NCBI GenBank assembly: GCA_964291285.2
Contig: OZ219787.1
Span: forward strand, 1,312,001 to 1,376,000
Reading direction: 5' to 3'
Source of the DNA: Alphaproteobacteria bacterium
GTDB taxonomy: Bacteria; Pseudomonadota; Alphaproteobacteria; Bin95
DNA: 64,000 nt
Shown here: positions 21,162 through 30,445 of the stretch, in pieces
Layout: each line of letters begins with the position of its first letter
Position numbering within the stretch: the stretch's first letter is position 1
The notes under the pieces: model-generated
What the model saw: only the letters and a program-made list of their open reading frames with translations
Database searches by the model: none
Told to the model about the DNA's origin: nothing
Program-made: the position numbers and the translations under genes

Positions 21162-22268
21162 TCAGGCCCGGCCGTCCAGCACCCCGCAATGCTGCGAGAA
21201 GGCCGGCAGGACATCCCCGGCGAGGCCGCGCATGGAGGCGCGGCAGAGGTCCGGGTCCTCCCAGTCGTGCATGCCGATCAGCAGGGTGCCGAAGGGGCCG
21301 ATCTCCTCGCGCAGCGCCACCAGCCGGTCGAGCACCGTCTTCGCCGTGCCGCAGATCGGGATTTCCGCGACCGCCTGCTCCACGTCGAGCAATTCGTTCA
21401 GCGCTTCGGCGGGCGCATCGGCGATGGCCTTGACCTCCGGCAGGCGCCGCAGGCTGCGCAGGTAGCGGAAGTAGAAGTGGAAGAGCCCGTCCGGGTCGCC
21501 GAGAATGTCGTCCGCTCGGGCCTCGCTTTCCGTCACCAGCAGGTTGCGCGCCACCCGCCAGACCGACGGGTCCGCCGGCCGGCCCGCCTTCTCCGCCGCC
21601 TCGGCGTAGAGCGGCCAGTGGGTCGCCACGTCGCGCGAGGGGATGAAATTGGCCGAGATCGGGATCCAGCCGCGCCCGCCGCAGACGCCGGCCGAGCCCG
21701 AATTGGCCGAGACCATCGCCATGGCGATAGGCGGGTGCGGGTCCTGGTAGGGCTTGGCGATCAGCCCGACGCCGTGGCGCGGATAGACCGCCTCGTCGAT
21801 GGCGATGTCCCACCACGGGTTGTCGAAGCGGTAGGGCGGCTCGCCGCGCCAGAGCTCCAGCACGATGTCGATGGCGGCGAGCATCATGCGCTGGCGCTCC
21901 GCCGGGTCGTGATGCCCGTACATCTCGGCGTCGCTGACGAGCCCGCCCGGCCCGATCCCGAACAGGAACCGTCCTTCGCTGAGATTGTCAAACAGAGCGA
22001 CATGGCTCGCGACCGTGACCGGATGGTGGTGGGGGACGTTGATGACGCCGGTGCCAAAGCGGATCGAGCGCGTCTCGCGGATGAGCGTCGCGAGGAAGAT
22101 CAGCGGCGAGGTGATCTGCTCGACCTTGGAGGTGAAATGCTCGCCGATCCAGGCCTCCGAATAGCCGAGCCGGTCCGCCAGCAGGATCGCCTCGCGGTCC
22201 TCTTCCAACGTCTGCAGGAACGGCTTTTCGGGTCGATGCAGGGGCATCGAGAACAGGCCGAGCTTCAT
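21162..22268 (-). CDS. LLM-class flavin-dependent monooxygenase
   Basis: LGYSEAWIGEH, FDNLSEGRFLFGIGPGG, KPYQDPHPPI. Confidence 0.87.
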   Translation of the reverse strand: MKLGLFSMPLHRPEKPFLQTLEEDREAILLADRLGYSEAWIGEHFTSKVEQITSPLIFLATLIRETRSIRFGTGVINVPHHHPVTVASHVALFDNLSEGRFLFGIGPGGLVSDAEMYGHHDPAERQRMMLAAIDIVLELWRGEPPYRFDNPWWDIAIDEAVYPRHGVGLIAKPYQDPHPPIAMAMVSANSGSAGVCGGRGWIPISANFIPSRDVATHWPLYAEAAEKAGRPADPSVWRVARNLLVTESEARADDILGDPDGLFHFYFRYLRSLRRLPEVKAIADAPAEALNELLDVEQAVAEIPICGTAKTVLDRLVALREEIGPFGTLLIGMHDWEDPDLCRASMRGLAGDVLPAFSQHCGVLDGRA

Positions 22269-22320
22269 ACCGCGCTTCCTCTCCGGCGCCGGGACGGGGG
22301 CAGGCTATAGCACCTCCGCC

Positions 22321-23361
22321 TCAGGGGGAATCGCCGCCGCGCGCCTCGCGCCCGAGCGCGGCCAGGCGGATGGCGTGGACCCTGCCGGCGACGCTCTCCG
22401 AGGCCTTCATGTCGGCGATCAGCGCCTCGCGCGCCGGGTCGCCGGGCAGGTCCAGCGCCTCGTAGGCGGCGAGGAAATCGCGCTGCTGCTGCTTCGCCGC
22501 CAGCAGCCGGGCATCGTCCCTGCCGGGGAAAGCGGCCAGCGCCTCGAAGGACACCAGCCGGGCCGCCAGTCCGCCGACCGCCTCGTCCCCGAGCCCGGCG
22601 TCGGCCGCATCGTCGAGCAGCGCCTCCATCGCGCCCCGCTGCGAGCCGAGCTTCAGCAGGTCCTCGACATTGCGCAGCGGCCGGGCGAACGCGCTCCATA
22701 TGTCGGCGTCCGGGCCGAGCTCCGCCGAAGCGGGCAGGCGGACATCGCGGAGGTCGAGGCCGCAATGGCCCGTCGGCCGCAGGAATTCGACGGCGCCCGC
22801 CTCCGTGCGCGCAAGGCCGGGTGCGTCCGCCGGCACCAGGAAGGCGCCGAACCGCTTGCGCCCGGCGCTCTCGCCCTTGACCGCCACCACGATGAAGAGG
22901 CCGGCGGAGGGGCCGTTGGTGATCCAGGCCTTCTCGCCGTCGAGCCGCCAGCCGCCGTTCGGCAGCCTCTCCGCACGCGCCTGCAGATATTTCGGATGCG
23001 CCCCGGCGCCGGGCTCCGAGATCGCCGTCGCCAGCGTGGTCTCGCCTCGCGCCAGGCGCGGCAGCCATGCGCGTTTCTGCGCCTCGTCGCCGAGGCGGGC
23101 GAGCGCGAACAGGCAGAGCGTGCAATGCACCTTCCAGGCGAGCATGGCGCCGAGGCTGCGGCCGTGGCGCACCATGTCCCGGCAATCCTCCGCAAGTCCT
23201 TCGAGGTCCCGGCCTTGGCCGCCATATTCCTCGGGAACGGTGAGGCCGAGCAGGCCCGCTTCGGCGAGGCCCCGCCAGAGGTCCGCCGGATAGTCCGCGC
23301 GGGAGCGCAGGTCGCCGCGGCCGCGGATCAGGCGGGCGGCCGCCGCTGCGACATCGCTCAC
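22321..23361 (-). CDS. Acyl-CoA dehydrogenase-family protein
   Basis: GLLGLTVPEEYGGQG, ISEPGAG, LDGEKAWITNG; GTG overlaps the cupin stop. Confidence 0.83.
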   Translation of the reverse strand: MSDVAAAAARLIRGRGDLRSRADYPADLWRGLAEAGLLGLTVPEEYGGQGRDLEGLAEDCRDMVRHGRSLGAMLAWKVHCTLCLFALARLGDEAQKRAWLPRLARGETTLATAISEPGAGAHPKYLQARAERLPNGGWRLDGEKAWITNGPSAGLFIVVAVKGESAGRKRFGAFLVPADAPGLARTEAGAVEFLRPTGHCGLDLRDVRLPASAELGPDADIWSAFARPLRNVEDLLKLGSQRGAMEALLDDAADAGLGDEAVGGLAARLVSFEALAAFPGRDDARLLAAKQQQRDFLAAYEALDLPGDPAREALIADMKASESVAGRVHAIRLAALGREARGGDSP

Positions 23362-23777
23362 AGGCGGTGGATCGGGTAGCCGTGCTCGTCCGAGGCGCCG
23401 TCGCGGTAGGTCACGATCCGCTTCGGGCTGAGGTGGATGCCCATGAGCCGCATCGGCTTCTCGCCCACGGCGGCGAAGTTGTGCCGGCGCTCCGGGGGCA
23501 GGGCCACGGTGTCGCCGGCTTCGAGGCGGGTGCGCTCGTCCTCCGCGCCCTCCAGCCAGACATCGCAGCTGCCTTCGAGGATGTGCAGGATTTCCACATA
23601 GGGATGCGCGTGCAGCCCCGGCTCGTAGCCGGGCTCGGCCGTCTGGATACCTACCCGGATGGGGAAGCCGGCCTCCTCGCCGAGCAGGATCGGGTTGTAG
23701 AAGGAATCGGCCGCGAACGGCACGGTGTCCGTCTCGGAAAGACGGACGATCTTCGCTTCGGTCATGGTCTCGGACAT
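23358..23777 (-). CDS. Cupin-domain protein
   Basis: HAHPYVEILHILEG and GDTVALPPERRHNF cupin motifs. Confidence 0.87.
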   Translation of the reverse strand: MSETMTEAKIVRLSETDTVPFAADSFYNPILLGEEAGFPIRVGIQTAEPGYEPGLHAHPYVEILHILEGSCDVWLEGAEDERTRLEAGDTVALPPERRHNFAAVGEKPMRLMGIHLSPKRIVTYRDGASDEHGYPIHRL

Positions 23778-23873
23778 GGGGCGCATCCTCCTCGGGCGCC
23801 ATTCTCGCAAAAGCCCCGCCCGGCGTCGAGGCGCCGCGGCCCGGCGACGGACTCAGTTTTTTTCCTAAAAACC

Positions 23874-23903
23874 TTGACATTAGGGAACAAAGCACGATAT
23901 AGG
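23874..23903 (+). promoter_or_regulatory. Putative sigma70 promoter
   Basis: TTGACA (23874-23879) with an AT-rich upstream tract and GATATAGG 16-18 nt downstream. Confidence 0.45.
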
Positions 23904-24069
23904 ACCCGGAGCGGCGGGAGCCGGAAGGAACGGGACGCATGACTATCGCGGAGAAGTTTCCCTGACGCGCCGCCGCAGTGCGGCGATGGGATGGATCGTT
24001 GTGAAGCGCCGCCCCGGCGGCCAACAGGCGAGGTGCGCGCCGAATCCGGAAAACCGGTTTTGGCAATCC

Positions 24070-24245
24070 GATCAGCTTGCCGGCGAATCGCCGCCCCGGG
24101 AGGCCCCGGCGACCCCGCCCGGAGCCGGGCGGATTTTCGATCGGGTTGCCGAGGGGCCGCCGCCCCGGGAGGTCCTGGCGGTCCCGTCCGCCTCCGGGTC
24201 GGCATTTCGATCAGGTTGCCGGCGGGCCGCCGTCCTGGGAGGCGC
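24070..24245 (+). repeat. Degenerate ~70-bp tandem repeat (x2.5)
   Basis: GATC.G.TTGCCG...CGCCG.CC.GGGAGG starts at 24070, 24139 and 24209. Confidence 0.7.
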
Positions 24246-24636
24246 CGGTTGTCCGGGCCCGCTTCCGGTTCGGTATCTTCCATTTGCGGTGCCTCCAGCG
24301 CCTGAAGCCGTGGCGCCTGAGGAAGCGGTAGATGGCGCCGTAGCTGAACACCAGGCCGCGCGCATCGAGGGCCGCGCGCAGCCCTTCGACGGAAAGGCCC
24401 GGATTTTCCGCCAGCAGGCTGAGGACGGTGTCGCGTTCGGCCTCGATTCGCGCGGAGCGGCGGTCGCCGCCCGCCGGCTTCGGCCGCGTGTCGCCCTGTT
24501 GGCGTTCGAGCGCCCGCCATCGCGTGATGGTGTCCTTGCCCACATGGAACCGCGCCGCGGCTTCCCGGCGGGTCGCCCCCGCCGCCACCGCTTCGAGAAC
24601 CCGCTTGCGCAGGTCGGGGGAATAGGCTTTCGGCAT
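24211..24636 (-). CDS. IS630-type HTH-only protein (OrfA-like, no DDE domain)
   Basis: MPKAYSPDLRKRVL...AAARF.V...RW...KPAGGDRRS...RFLRRHG; GGAGG RBS. Confidence 0.78.
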   Translation of the reverse strand: MPKAYSPDLRKRVLEAVAAGATRREAAARFHVGKDTITRWRALERQQGDTRPKPAGGDRRSARIEAERDTVLSLLAENPGLSVEGLRAALDARGLVFSYGAIYRFLRRHGFRRWRHRKWKIPNRKRARTTGASQDGGPPAT

Positions 24637-24661
24637 CTTCGCGCCTCCTCCATGCCGGAGG

Positions 24662-24686
24662 GAACAAATTAGAACAAAATGAGAAT
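24662..24686. promoter_or_regulatory. Possible alphaproteobacterial LexA (SOS) box
   Basis: GAAC-N7-GAAT (24672-24686), one mismatch to GAAC-N7-GAAC, plus an extra GAAC at 24662. Confidence 0.45.
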
Positions 24687-24885
24687 AAGGTAAAGCCCCC
24701 GCCCGCCGCCCGGTGGGACCGAAGACCGGGTCGACCCCCGCATGGGGCGGATGGAGGTCCGGATGGACGGGATCGAAGGCCGGTTCGACGGCAGTGCACC
24801 GACGTTCACGCCGGACCGGTGGACGGAGCATGTCATTCCGGTAAACTAATATATGAGCCCTCGGATATCGGCGAGGAGGCATTTC

Positions 24886-25179
24886 ATGCACAACATCCGA
24901 ATTTCATTGATCGCTGTCGCACTGTTGTTTGCAGTGACGCCTGACGATGCCTCGGCCAGTTCTGACCAGTATTGTGAAGACCAGTGGCTTCTCAGTCCGG
25001 CCTCCGATTCATGCACCACAGACCTCAGCGTCACGTGGAGGTCCGACACCGAGGAATGCAGTGTCAGCGTGAAGTGTACGGAAAACGACGGCGGCCTCAG
25101 AAACAACTACCGCACCGTCAAGCCGCAACATCTTCCGAATTTCGAAAACTGCGACGGGCTCCTGGTTTGGGTGTGCTGA
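24886..25179 (+). CDS. Small secreted cysteine-rich protein, unknown function
   Basis: GAGGAGG RBS, signal peptide ending ASA, six Cys in the mature part. Confidence 0.72.
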   Translation: MHNIRISLIAVALLFAVTPDDASASSDQYCEDQWLLSPASDSCTTDLSVTWRSDTEECSVSVKCTENDGGLRNNYRTVKPQHLPNFENCDGLLVWVC

Positions 25180-25389
25180 CGCAGGCGACCGACGCCCCGT
25201 CATGCGCCCTTGCCCCGTCCGGAGGAGCGGCCGCGTCATGACGCCGTGCAGGGGAATGGCGCCGCTGCCGTAGGAAGCGCCGCCCTTCGATACGCCGCCG
25301 CGGCGGCGCGCAGCGCTATGCATCCGATACGGGCTGCCGGCCCCGGTCCGGCGGGTCTGCTCGCCTCGGCGGAGCGGGCGGTCTCGGCC

Positions 25390-26448
25390 TCAGAGAAGCG
25401 AATACGCCTTGAGGATGCGGTAGGTCGCCTGACCGTCGATCAGGCAGTATTTCCTTTGCGAGCCGCCGGGCTGGACCGTCAATGTCCGAAGCGTTCTTCT
25501 GACTACCGGGCCGATCTGGTGAGAGTGCTGGACCACCGATATGTCGGCGCCGGTGTCCACCATGCGGTGAATCTGGTCGGCCCGCTTGCCGCACATCTCC
25601 AGGGTCATTTCCCGGAATTGCGTAGGCCCCTTCAACAGAAAGGCGGCGGTCCGGCGTCGTCCGCGCACCTCAACATTTCCCGAAAAGTGATCGTCGGACT
25701 CGCCGCCCCAGTCTTTCTTCGGCAGTTCCAGCAACCGGCCTGCGATTGCTTCCTTGACCTTCGACTCCGGTAAATTCTTCATTGCATTCTTCCATTCATT
25801 GGTGCTTTCAATTTCCACATCGCGCATTCTCGAGAACTGATCTATATCTTCTGGAAAAATCTCCCCGAATTCTCCGCCGAAGAACATAAGAAATCTTCCA
25901 TCTCCATCGTTTTTCCAATGGTCCAAGCTTGGCTGCCCTATTACCATCGGTTCAATTTCAAAACGATCCGTCTTGTCATGCAATATGCCAACGATTGAGT
26001 GAATACGGGCCTCACTTGTGCCTTCATGGAGGGTCATTTTTCCGGTGTCGCTGACAAGGTGGTTGGTATGATATGAGATGACTACAGGCTTCCCGAAATC
26101 GAGGTCAAGTTCTACGGCATGACAGACGCGAGCCGCGTCGTAGATATCCAGGCAAGGCGCGAGGCGTTCCGTGCTGCGGAACAAATGGCGCGGCTTGCCG
26201 AGTGTCAGGGCTTTGAGCAAAGTGGGGATAGCGTTGGCCTCCAGACAATCGAGAAGCAGAGTCACAAGAAGGTGGTCGTTGCTGAGCGCCGTCATATGGT
26301 CGGTGCCCGGCTTCTGGCGCTCCAAAAAAATCCGGCGAGCTTCGGGCACAAGGGCGCTTATACATAGACGCCTGTTCAGAAAGCCCATGTCGATATGATG
26401 GAATTCGTCTTTCGTGCGAAGGTCTTCGGGAACGTCGTAAGCTGACAT
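25390..26448 (-). CDS. Hypothetical protein with putative PD-(D/E)xK nuclease-like C-terminus
   Basis: AT-richer ORF 12 bp downstream of the S subunit; GESDDHF...AFLLKGP...GKRADQI. Confidence 0.65.
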   Translation of the reverse strand: MSAYDVPEDLRTKDEFHHIDMGFLNRRLCISALVPEARRIFLERQKPGTDHMTALSNDHLLVTLLLDCLEANAIPTLLKALTLGKPRHLFRSTERLAPCLDIYDAARVCHAVELDLDFGKPVVISYHTNHLVSDTGKMTLHEGTSEARIHSIVGILHDKTDRFEIEPMVIGQPSLDHWKNDGDGRFLMFFGGEFGEIFPEDIDQFSRMRDVEIESTNEWKNAMKNLPESKVKEAIAGRLLELPKKDWGGESDDHFSGNVEVRGRRRTAAFLLKGPTQFREMTLEMCGKRADQIHRMVDTGADISVVQHSHQIGPVVRRTLRTLTVQPGGSQRKYCLIDGQATYRILKAYSLL

Positions 26449-26460
26449 TCGGATGATCCC

Positions 26461-27906
26461 TCACACGCAGGAGGCAGCGGTGTCAAAGCCGTTCTCGTCC
26501 GCGTATATCGCGGTCTCGAAATCGGCCCAAGCCTTGGTGCGCGTCTTGCCTGCCCGCTCTCTCAGGGCCATCGCGGCGGCACGAGATCCGGAGAGGGCCG
26601 TCACCATGTCGGCCTGTTCATCCTTTGGCGGGAGAGGAAATTTCAGGTCCATCAGAGCCGGCTTCGAGATATTCTTCATGGTCGGCGAGGTTCCGGTCAC
26701 ATTCGCTTCTATCTGGCGGCGAACATCGGAAATGCGCAGGATTTCGGCCAGGAAGGCTAGGCAGATGGGCGTGGGTTTGCGCGGAACAACGCGGAATATC
26801 TTGTCGCAAAGTATAAGTTTCGGACGTGTCTCGCCAACCAGGGCCGTTGCGCCGACAAGCCGGGTGATATTGGCGCGGCTTATCAATACCTCCCCCGACG
26901 CGACTTCGAGGCGCCGGCGCGGTTCGAGGTGCTCAGGCAGCGCCTTGTTTTCGTCGGGGTCGAATATGCCGAAGGAAACCGCGCCGAGTTTCAGGACTCC
27001 CCATTTACCCGGTTCGGCAGGCCGGTTGTGGCATTTCGGGCTCCAGCCGTTTTCCAGGTCGGCGATTACGTCGCCGAGCCGCACGAACGGGTAGTGCGAG
27101 GGAGCGGTTGTGTCACCTTCGACGCTCCGGCGGAGAGCAGCCTCATGGCTCCAGCGGTCGAGGTCCTTGAAGGTGGCGATGAAGGCTGGTCGATCCGGCA
27201 GAGGCTCGGGCGGGGCGAAACCGAGTGCCGCTTCGAACGCCGCCATTGCCCGCCGCTCGGTTTCGTCCGCTTCCCGCTCCAGTTTCGTCGCCCGATCCAG
27301 CGCGGCGCAGTGGGCAGCCACGATGGCGCGCTGGCGATCTAAAGACGGCAGCGGGATAGTGCGGCTTTCGAAGAAGGCGGGCCGAATGCGCCGCTTTGTC
27401 GTGTTGCCGGAAGCCGACCCGCTGAGTTGCGCCAGAAACTCCGGCGTGCGCAGCGCAAGGATCAGATAGCCCGGATCGACCTGTTCGGGATCGGGTGTAT
27501 AGACAGGGTATTCGGGGCTCACCGCTACATGGTCGACTCCGTCGCCGATGATGCAGAAGGAACCCTGCCCCACCCTGATCTTCGAGATAATCAGATCGCC
27601 CGGCAGCGCCTCGAAGAGCGGTCCCTTGTAGCCCCGTTTTTCCGCATCTCCCCGAAGGAACAGTTCACCGCCGAAAGTCACTTTGGCGATGACGTTCAGG
27701 CGTTGAAGAGGGCGGGTTTCCTTGTCGATGGCGGAGACACGGCGCATCAGGATATCGCTGAGCGCGGCGGTCTCGAAAGCATATCGCCGCCCTTGGGTCC
27801 CCGGACCCTCGATCCATGTTCCGAGCGCCCTCCACCGCCGGATCAGGCAGCGGAGGGCAGGGGAAAATCCGGCGTGGCCTCCGGGTCTGCGCCGGCGTCC
27901 TTCCAT
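26461..27906 (-). CDS. hsdS: Restriction-modification specificity (S) subunit; start uncertain
   Basis: Two TRD-helix repeats (GDLIISK...IPLPSLDRQRAIV; GEVLISRAN...FPLPPKDEQ). Confidence 0.85.
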   Translation of the reverse strand: MEGRRRRPGGHAGFSPALRCLIRRWRALGTWIEGPGTQGRRYAFETAALSDILMRRVSAIDKETRPLQRLNVIAKVTFGGELFLRGDAEKRGYKGPLFEALPGDLIISKIRVGQGSFCIIGDGVDHVAVSPEYPVYTPDPEQVDPGYLILALRTPEFLAQLSGSASGNTTKRRIRPAFFESRTIPLPSLDRQRAIVAAHCAALDRATKLEREADETERRAMAAFEAALGFAPPEPLPDRPAFIATFKDLDRWSHEAALRRSVEGDTTAPSHYPFVRLGDVIADLENGWSPKCHNRPAEPGKWGVLKLGAVSFGIFDPDENKALPEHLEPRRRLEVASGEVLISRANITRLVGATALVGETRPKLILCDKIFRVVPRKPTPICLAFLAEILRISDVRRQIEANVTGTSPTMKNISKPALMDLKFPLPPKDEQADMVTALSGSRAAAMALRERAGKTRTKAWADFETAIYADENGFDTAASCV

Positions 27907-30329
27907 GACTCGAAGGCGCGCCAGGCGTCGAGGACCGCCGGTAGGTCGTTCGGCACGTCCTCGCCGGTCTCCCCGGTCGAGGTGATGCCGACGGCGGCGG
28001 GCGCAGCCACGAAGACCGGATAGTCGAAGGTCTCGCGCACCGTTTCCCAAAGGGCGGCGTCATGCGCAGCGTCGATGCGCTTCAGGCCGGCCCGCAAGCC
28101 GTCCAGCGCGGCTCCCGACCTTGCGGCGGGGGCTCCGGCGAAAGCGGCGTTGAAGTCCCGCTTCAACCGGGCGGCGTGTCCTGCAGCTTCGCGGTCTTCC
28201 GGCTTGCCGGTCCATCGTGGCCGGCGCAATCTGGCCGGGCCGATGCCGCTCGGATAGGCCGGCGGGTCGCCGGAGGTCCAGTCGGGCCCGGTTCGGTCGA
28301 CGCCGAGGCCTGCCAGCTCATCCAGAAGCGCCTGCACCGCCGGGTCTCCACCAGCGACGGCCTCCGGGCCTGCCTGCCGACAAAGCTCGTCCCGCTGTTC
28401 GTTGAATGCGCCGTCATGGCGCGCATGGGCTGTTTCCCAGGCGGCTTCCCATTCCGCCTCGTCGGCTGCCGTGAAGCGCCGAAGGAAGACCATCGACGCT
28501 TTCACGGTGGCATCCGCCGAGCGGAACGTTTCCTCCAGCAGGCTGACGATGGCGAGAATCTTCGCTTTGCCTTCGCACCAGCGGCGCAGCCAGTCGAGCG
28601 ACGGGTTGTTGAGATTGCCGTCGGGCAGCACGATTCCCATGCGCCCGCCGGGCCTGAGCAGGGAAAGGCAGCGCTCCACGAAGACGATCTCGGTGGCGCG
28701 GTTCGCCTTGCCGCGGCCGATCTCGAACAGGTCGAGAATGTTCGTGCCCGCCGCGCCGAGCATGCGCTCGTGGCTCCGCTCCCACGCTTCGCCGTAGCGT
28801 TTGCGGCAGAGGTCGCGATAGACAGGATCGTCGGGAACCCGCGTTTCGTTGGTATCGCCGACCTTCTGGTCGCTGCCCACATTCGCGCCGAAGGGCGGGT
28901 TGGTGACGACGATATCGAACCGATCGGGGAAGATGCCGTTAATGTCGACAAGGCCGTCATGGTAGTGGATGCCGCCGTGGCCATCACCGTGCATGATCAT
29001 GTTCATCTTGGCGGTGCGCGCGGCGCGCGCTTCGGCGTCGCAGCCGAAAATGCAGCGCCATGCCAGCCTACCGACGCGGGTATCGACCGGCATGTTGTCG
29101 TCGTCCGACGGCAGAAGATCCCGGTTAAGCGCCGCGAACGCCCCGTCGATCCGGGCTTCCTCTTCCTCGGGGTCGAGATCTGCCGCCTCGATATCGGCCC
29201 GCACCCGATCCTTCTCCGCCTGGACATCGGCGGCGATCCGGCCGCGAACATGCTCGAAGGCGCGGATCAGGAAGCCGCCCGACCCGGCCGCGGGGTCGCA
29301 GATAATTTCGTCCTCCTGCGGGTCGAGCAGGTTGACCATGAAATCGACGACCGGGCGCGGCGTGAAATACTGGCCGAGTTCGCCCCGGAATGTCGTGCCG
29401 AGGAAACGCTCGAAGGCGAGGCCCTTGATGTCGTCACCGGTCTTCGACAGGTCGAAGCGTTCAAGCTCCTTCACAATGCGGCGGAAGGTTCCTTCGGAAA
29501 TCTCGAGGCGGTCGGTCTCGGCGAAAAGGTCGTCCGCCCGGTAGTGGTCCTTCGTCTGCTCGAACAGGCCGTCATGGACGAGCGGATCGGTCGGCAACCG
29601 CGTCGAAGCGCGGCGGTCGAGATAATCCACCGTGAATGTGCCGTGCAGGCCCGAACGCTCCACATACATCTTCACGAACAGTATCTTCGACATCGTGTCG
29701 AACGCGCGCCCCGGCTCCATCTTGTGCACTTCCCAAAGGATCGAGTGGCACTTGAACAAAAGGGCCTGAAACTCCTTGCGGTCGAAGGCGCGCAGCGCAT
29801 TCTTGATCTCTTCGATTCGCTTGGCGTCGCCCCAGTCTGCCGCTCTGGGAATTTTGTTGATCTGCACGAATTCGCCCGGCGCTCCCGGAACCAACTTGAA
29901 GACGGCTGTGAAGCGGGCATTGTGCGCAACGAAGAATTCGCAGCCGGCCGCGCGGGCGTAACTCTGGCCCTGGTAATAGTCCCGAACGCTGATCTCGACA
30001 TTCTCGGCCTTGCACTCGACCACGAGGACGGGGGTCCTGTTCGCAGCCTTGGCCTGCTGCGTCTCCCAGACCACGATATCGGCGCGGGGGCTGCGATGCC
30101 CGTGCATCGTGCGCCGTTCCTGGTCCATTTGGCCGAGCGTGTAGCCCAGACTCTCGCAAAGATGGCGAACGAACTGCTGGCGAACGGTTTCTTCCGGTTT
30201 GTCCGATACGTCGCGCCATTCGCCCCGCAGCGGAATCCATAGCCACTTGCCCTGTTCGTGCAGCTTGCCCGGCTCGGCGGGAAACGGTGTTCCCGGCGCT
30301 TCTTTCGGCTTTCCTGAGGAGGCCGCCAT
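27843..30329 (-). CDS. Fused endonuclease-N6-adenine methyltransferase (Type IIB/IIG-like R-M subunit)
   Basis: N-terminal PEETVRQ...RADIVV...VVECK nuclease domain; GQYFTPR, DPAAGSGGFL, TNPPFG. Confidence 0.9.
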   Translation of the reverse strand: MAASSGKPKEAPGTPFPAEPGKLHEQGKWLWIPLRGEWRDVSDKPEETVRQQFVRHLCESLGYTLGQMDQERRTMHGHRSPRADIVVWETQQAKAANRTPVLVVECKAENVEISVRDYYQGQSYARAAGCEFFVAHNARFTAVFKLVPGAPGEFVQINKIPRAADWGDAKRIEEIKNALRAFDRKEFQALLFKCHSILWEVHKMEPGRAFDTMSKILFVKMYVERSGLHGTFTVDYLDRRASTRLPTDPLVHDGLFEQTKDHYRADDLFAETDRLEISEGTFRRIVKELERFDLSKTGDDIKGLAFERFLGTTFRGELGQYFTPRPVVDFMVNLLDPQEDEIICDPAAGSGGFLIRAFEHVRGRIAADVQAEKDRVRADIEAADLDPEEEEARIDGAFAALNRDLLPSDDDNMPVDTRVGRLAWRCIFGCDAEARAARTAKMNMIMHGDGHGGIHYHDGLVDINGIFPDRFDIVVTNPPFGANVGSDQKVGDTNETRVPDDPVYRDLCRKRYGEAWERSHERMLGAAGTNILDLFEIGRGKANRATEIVFVERCLSLLRPGGRMGIVLPDGNLNNPSLDWLRRWCEGKAKILAIVSLLEETFRSADATVKASMVFLRRFTAADEAEWEAAWETAHARHDGAFNEQRDELCRQAGPEAVAGGDPAVQALLDELAGLGVDRTGPDWTSGDPPAYPSGIGPARLRRPRWTGKPEDREAAGHAARLKRDFNAAFAGAPAARSGAALDGLRAGLKRIDAAHDAALWETVRETFDYPVFVAAPAAVGITSTGETGEDVPNDLPAVLDAWRAFESWKDAGADPEATPDFPLPSAA

Positions 30330-30445
30330 TCCCGTTCCCTATCGCAAATCGTCGCTGAACCCGAGGCCGGCGAGCATGACAAGCCCGGCCGGCGCTGTCG
30401 AGTTGGCATCCGTCGCTGCGCCGTCCGGCTGCCGTCCCGATACGG

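Noticed and set aside
24070-24245. CRISPR array (34-nt repeat plus 35-nt spacer geometry)
   Set aside because: Repeats are degenerate, the spacers resemble each other, there are fewer than three full units and no cas genes.
26461-30329. Classical Type I R-M system
   Set aside because: No HsdR helicase gene nearby; the nuclease motif is fused to the MTase.
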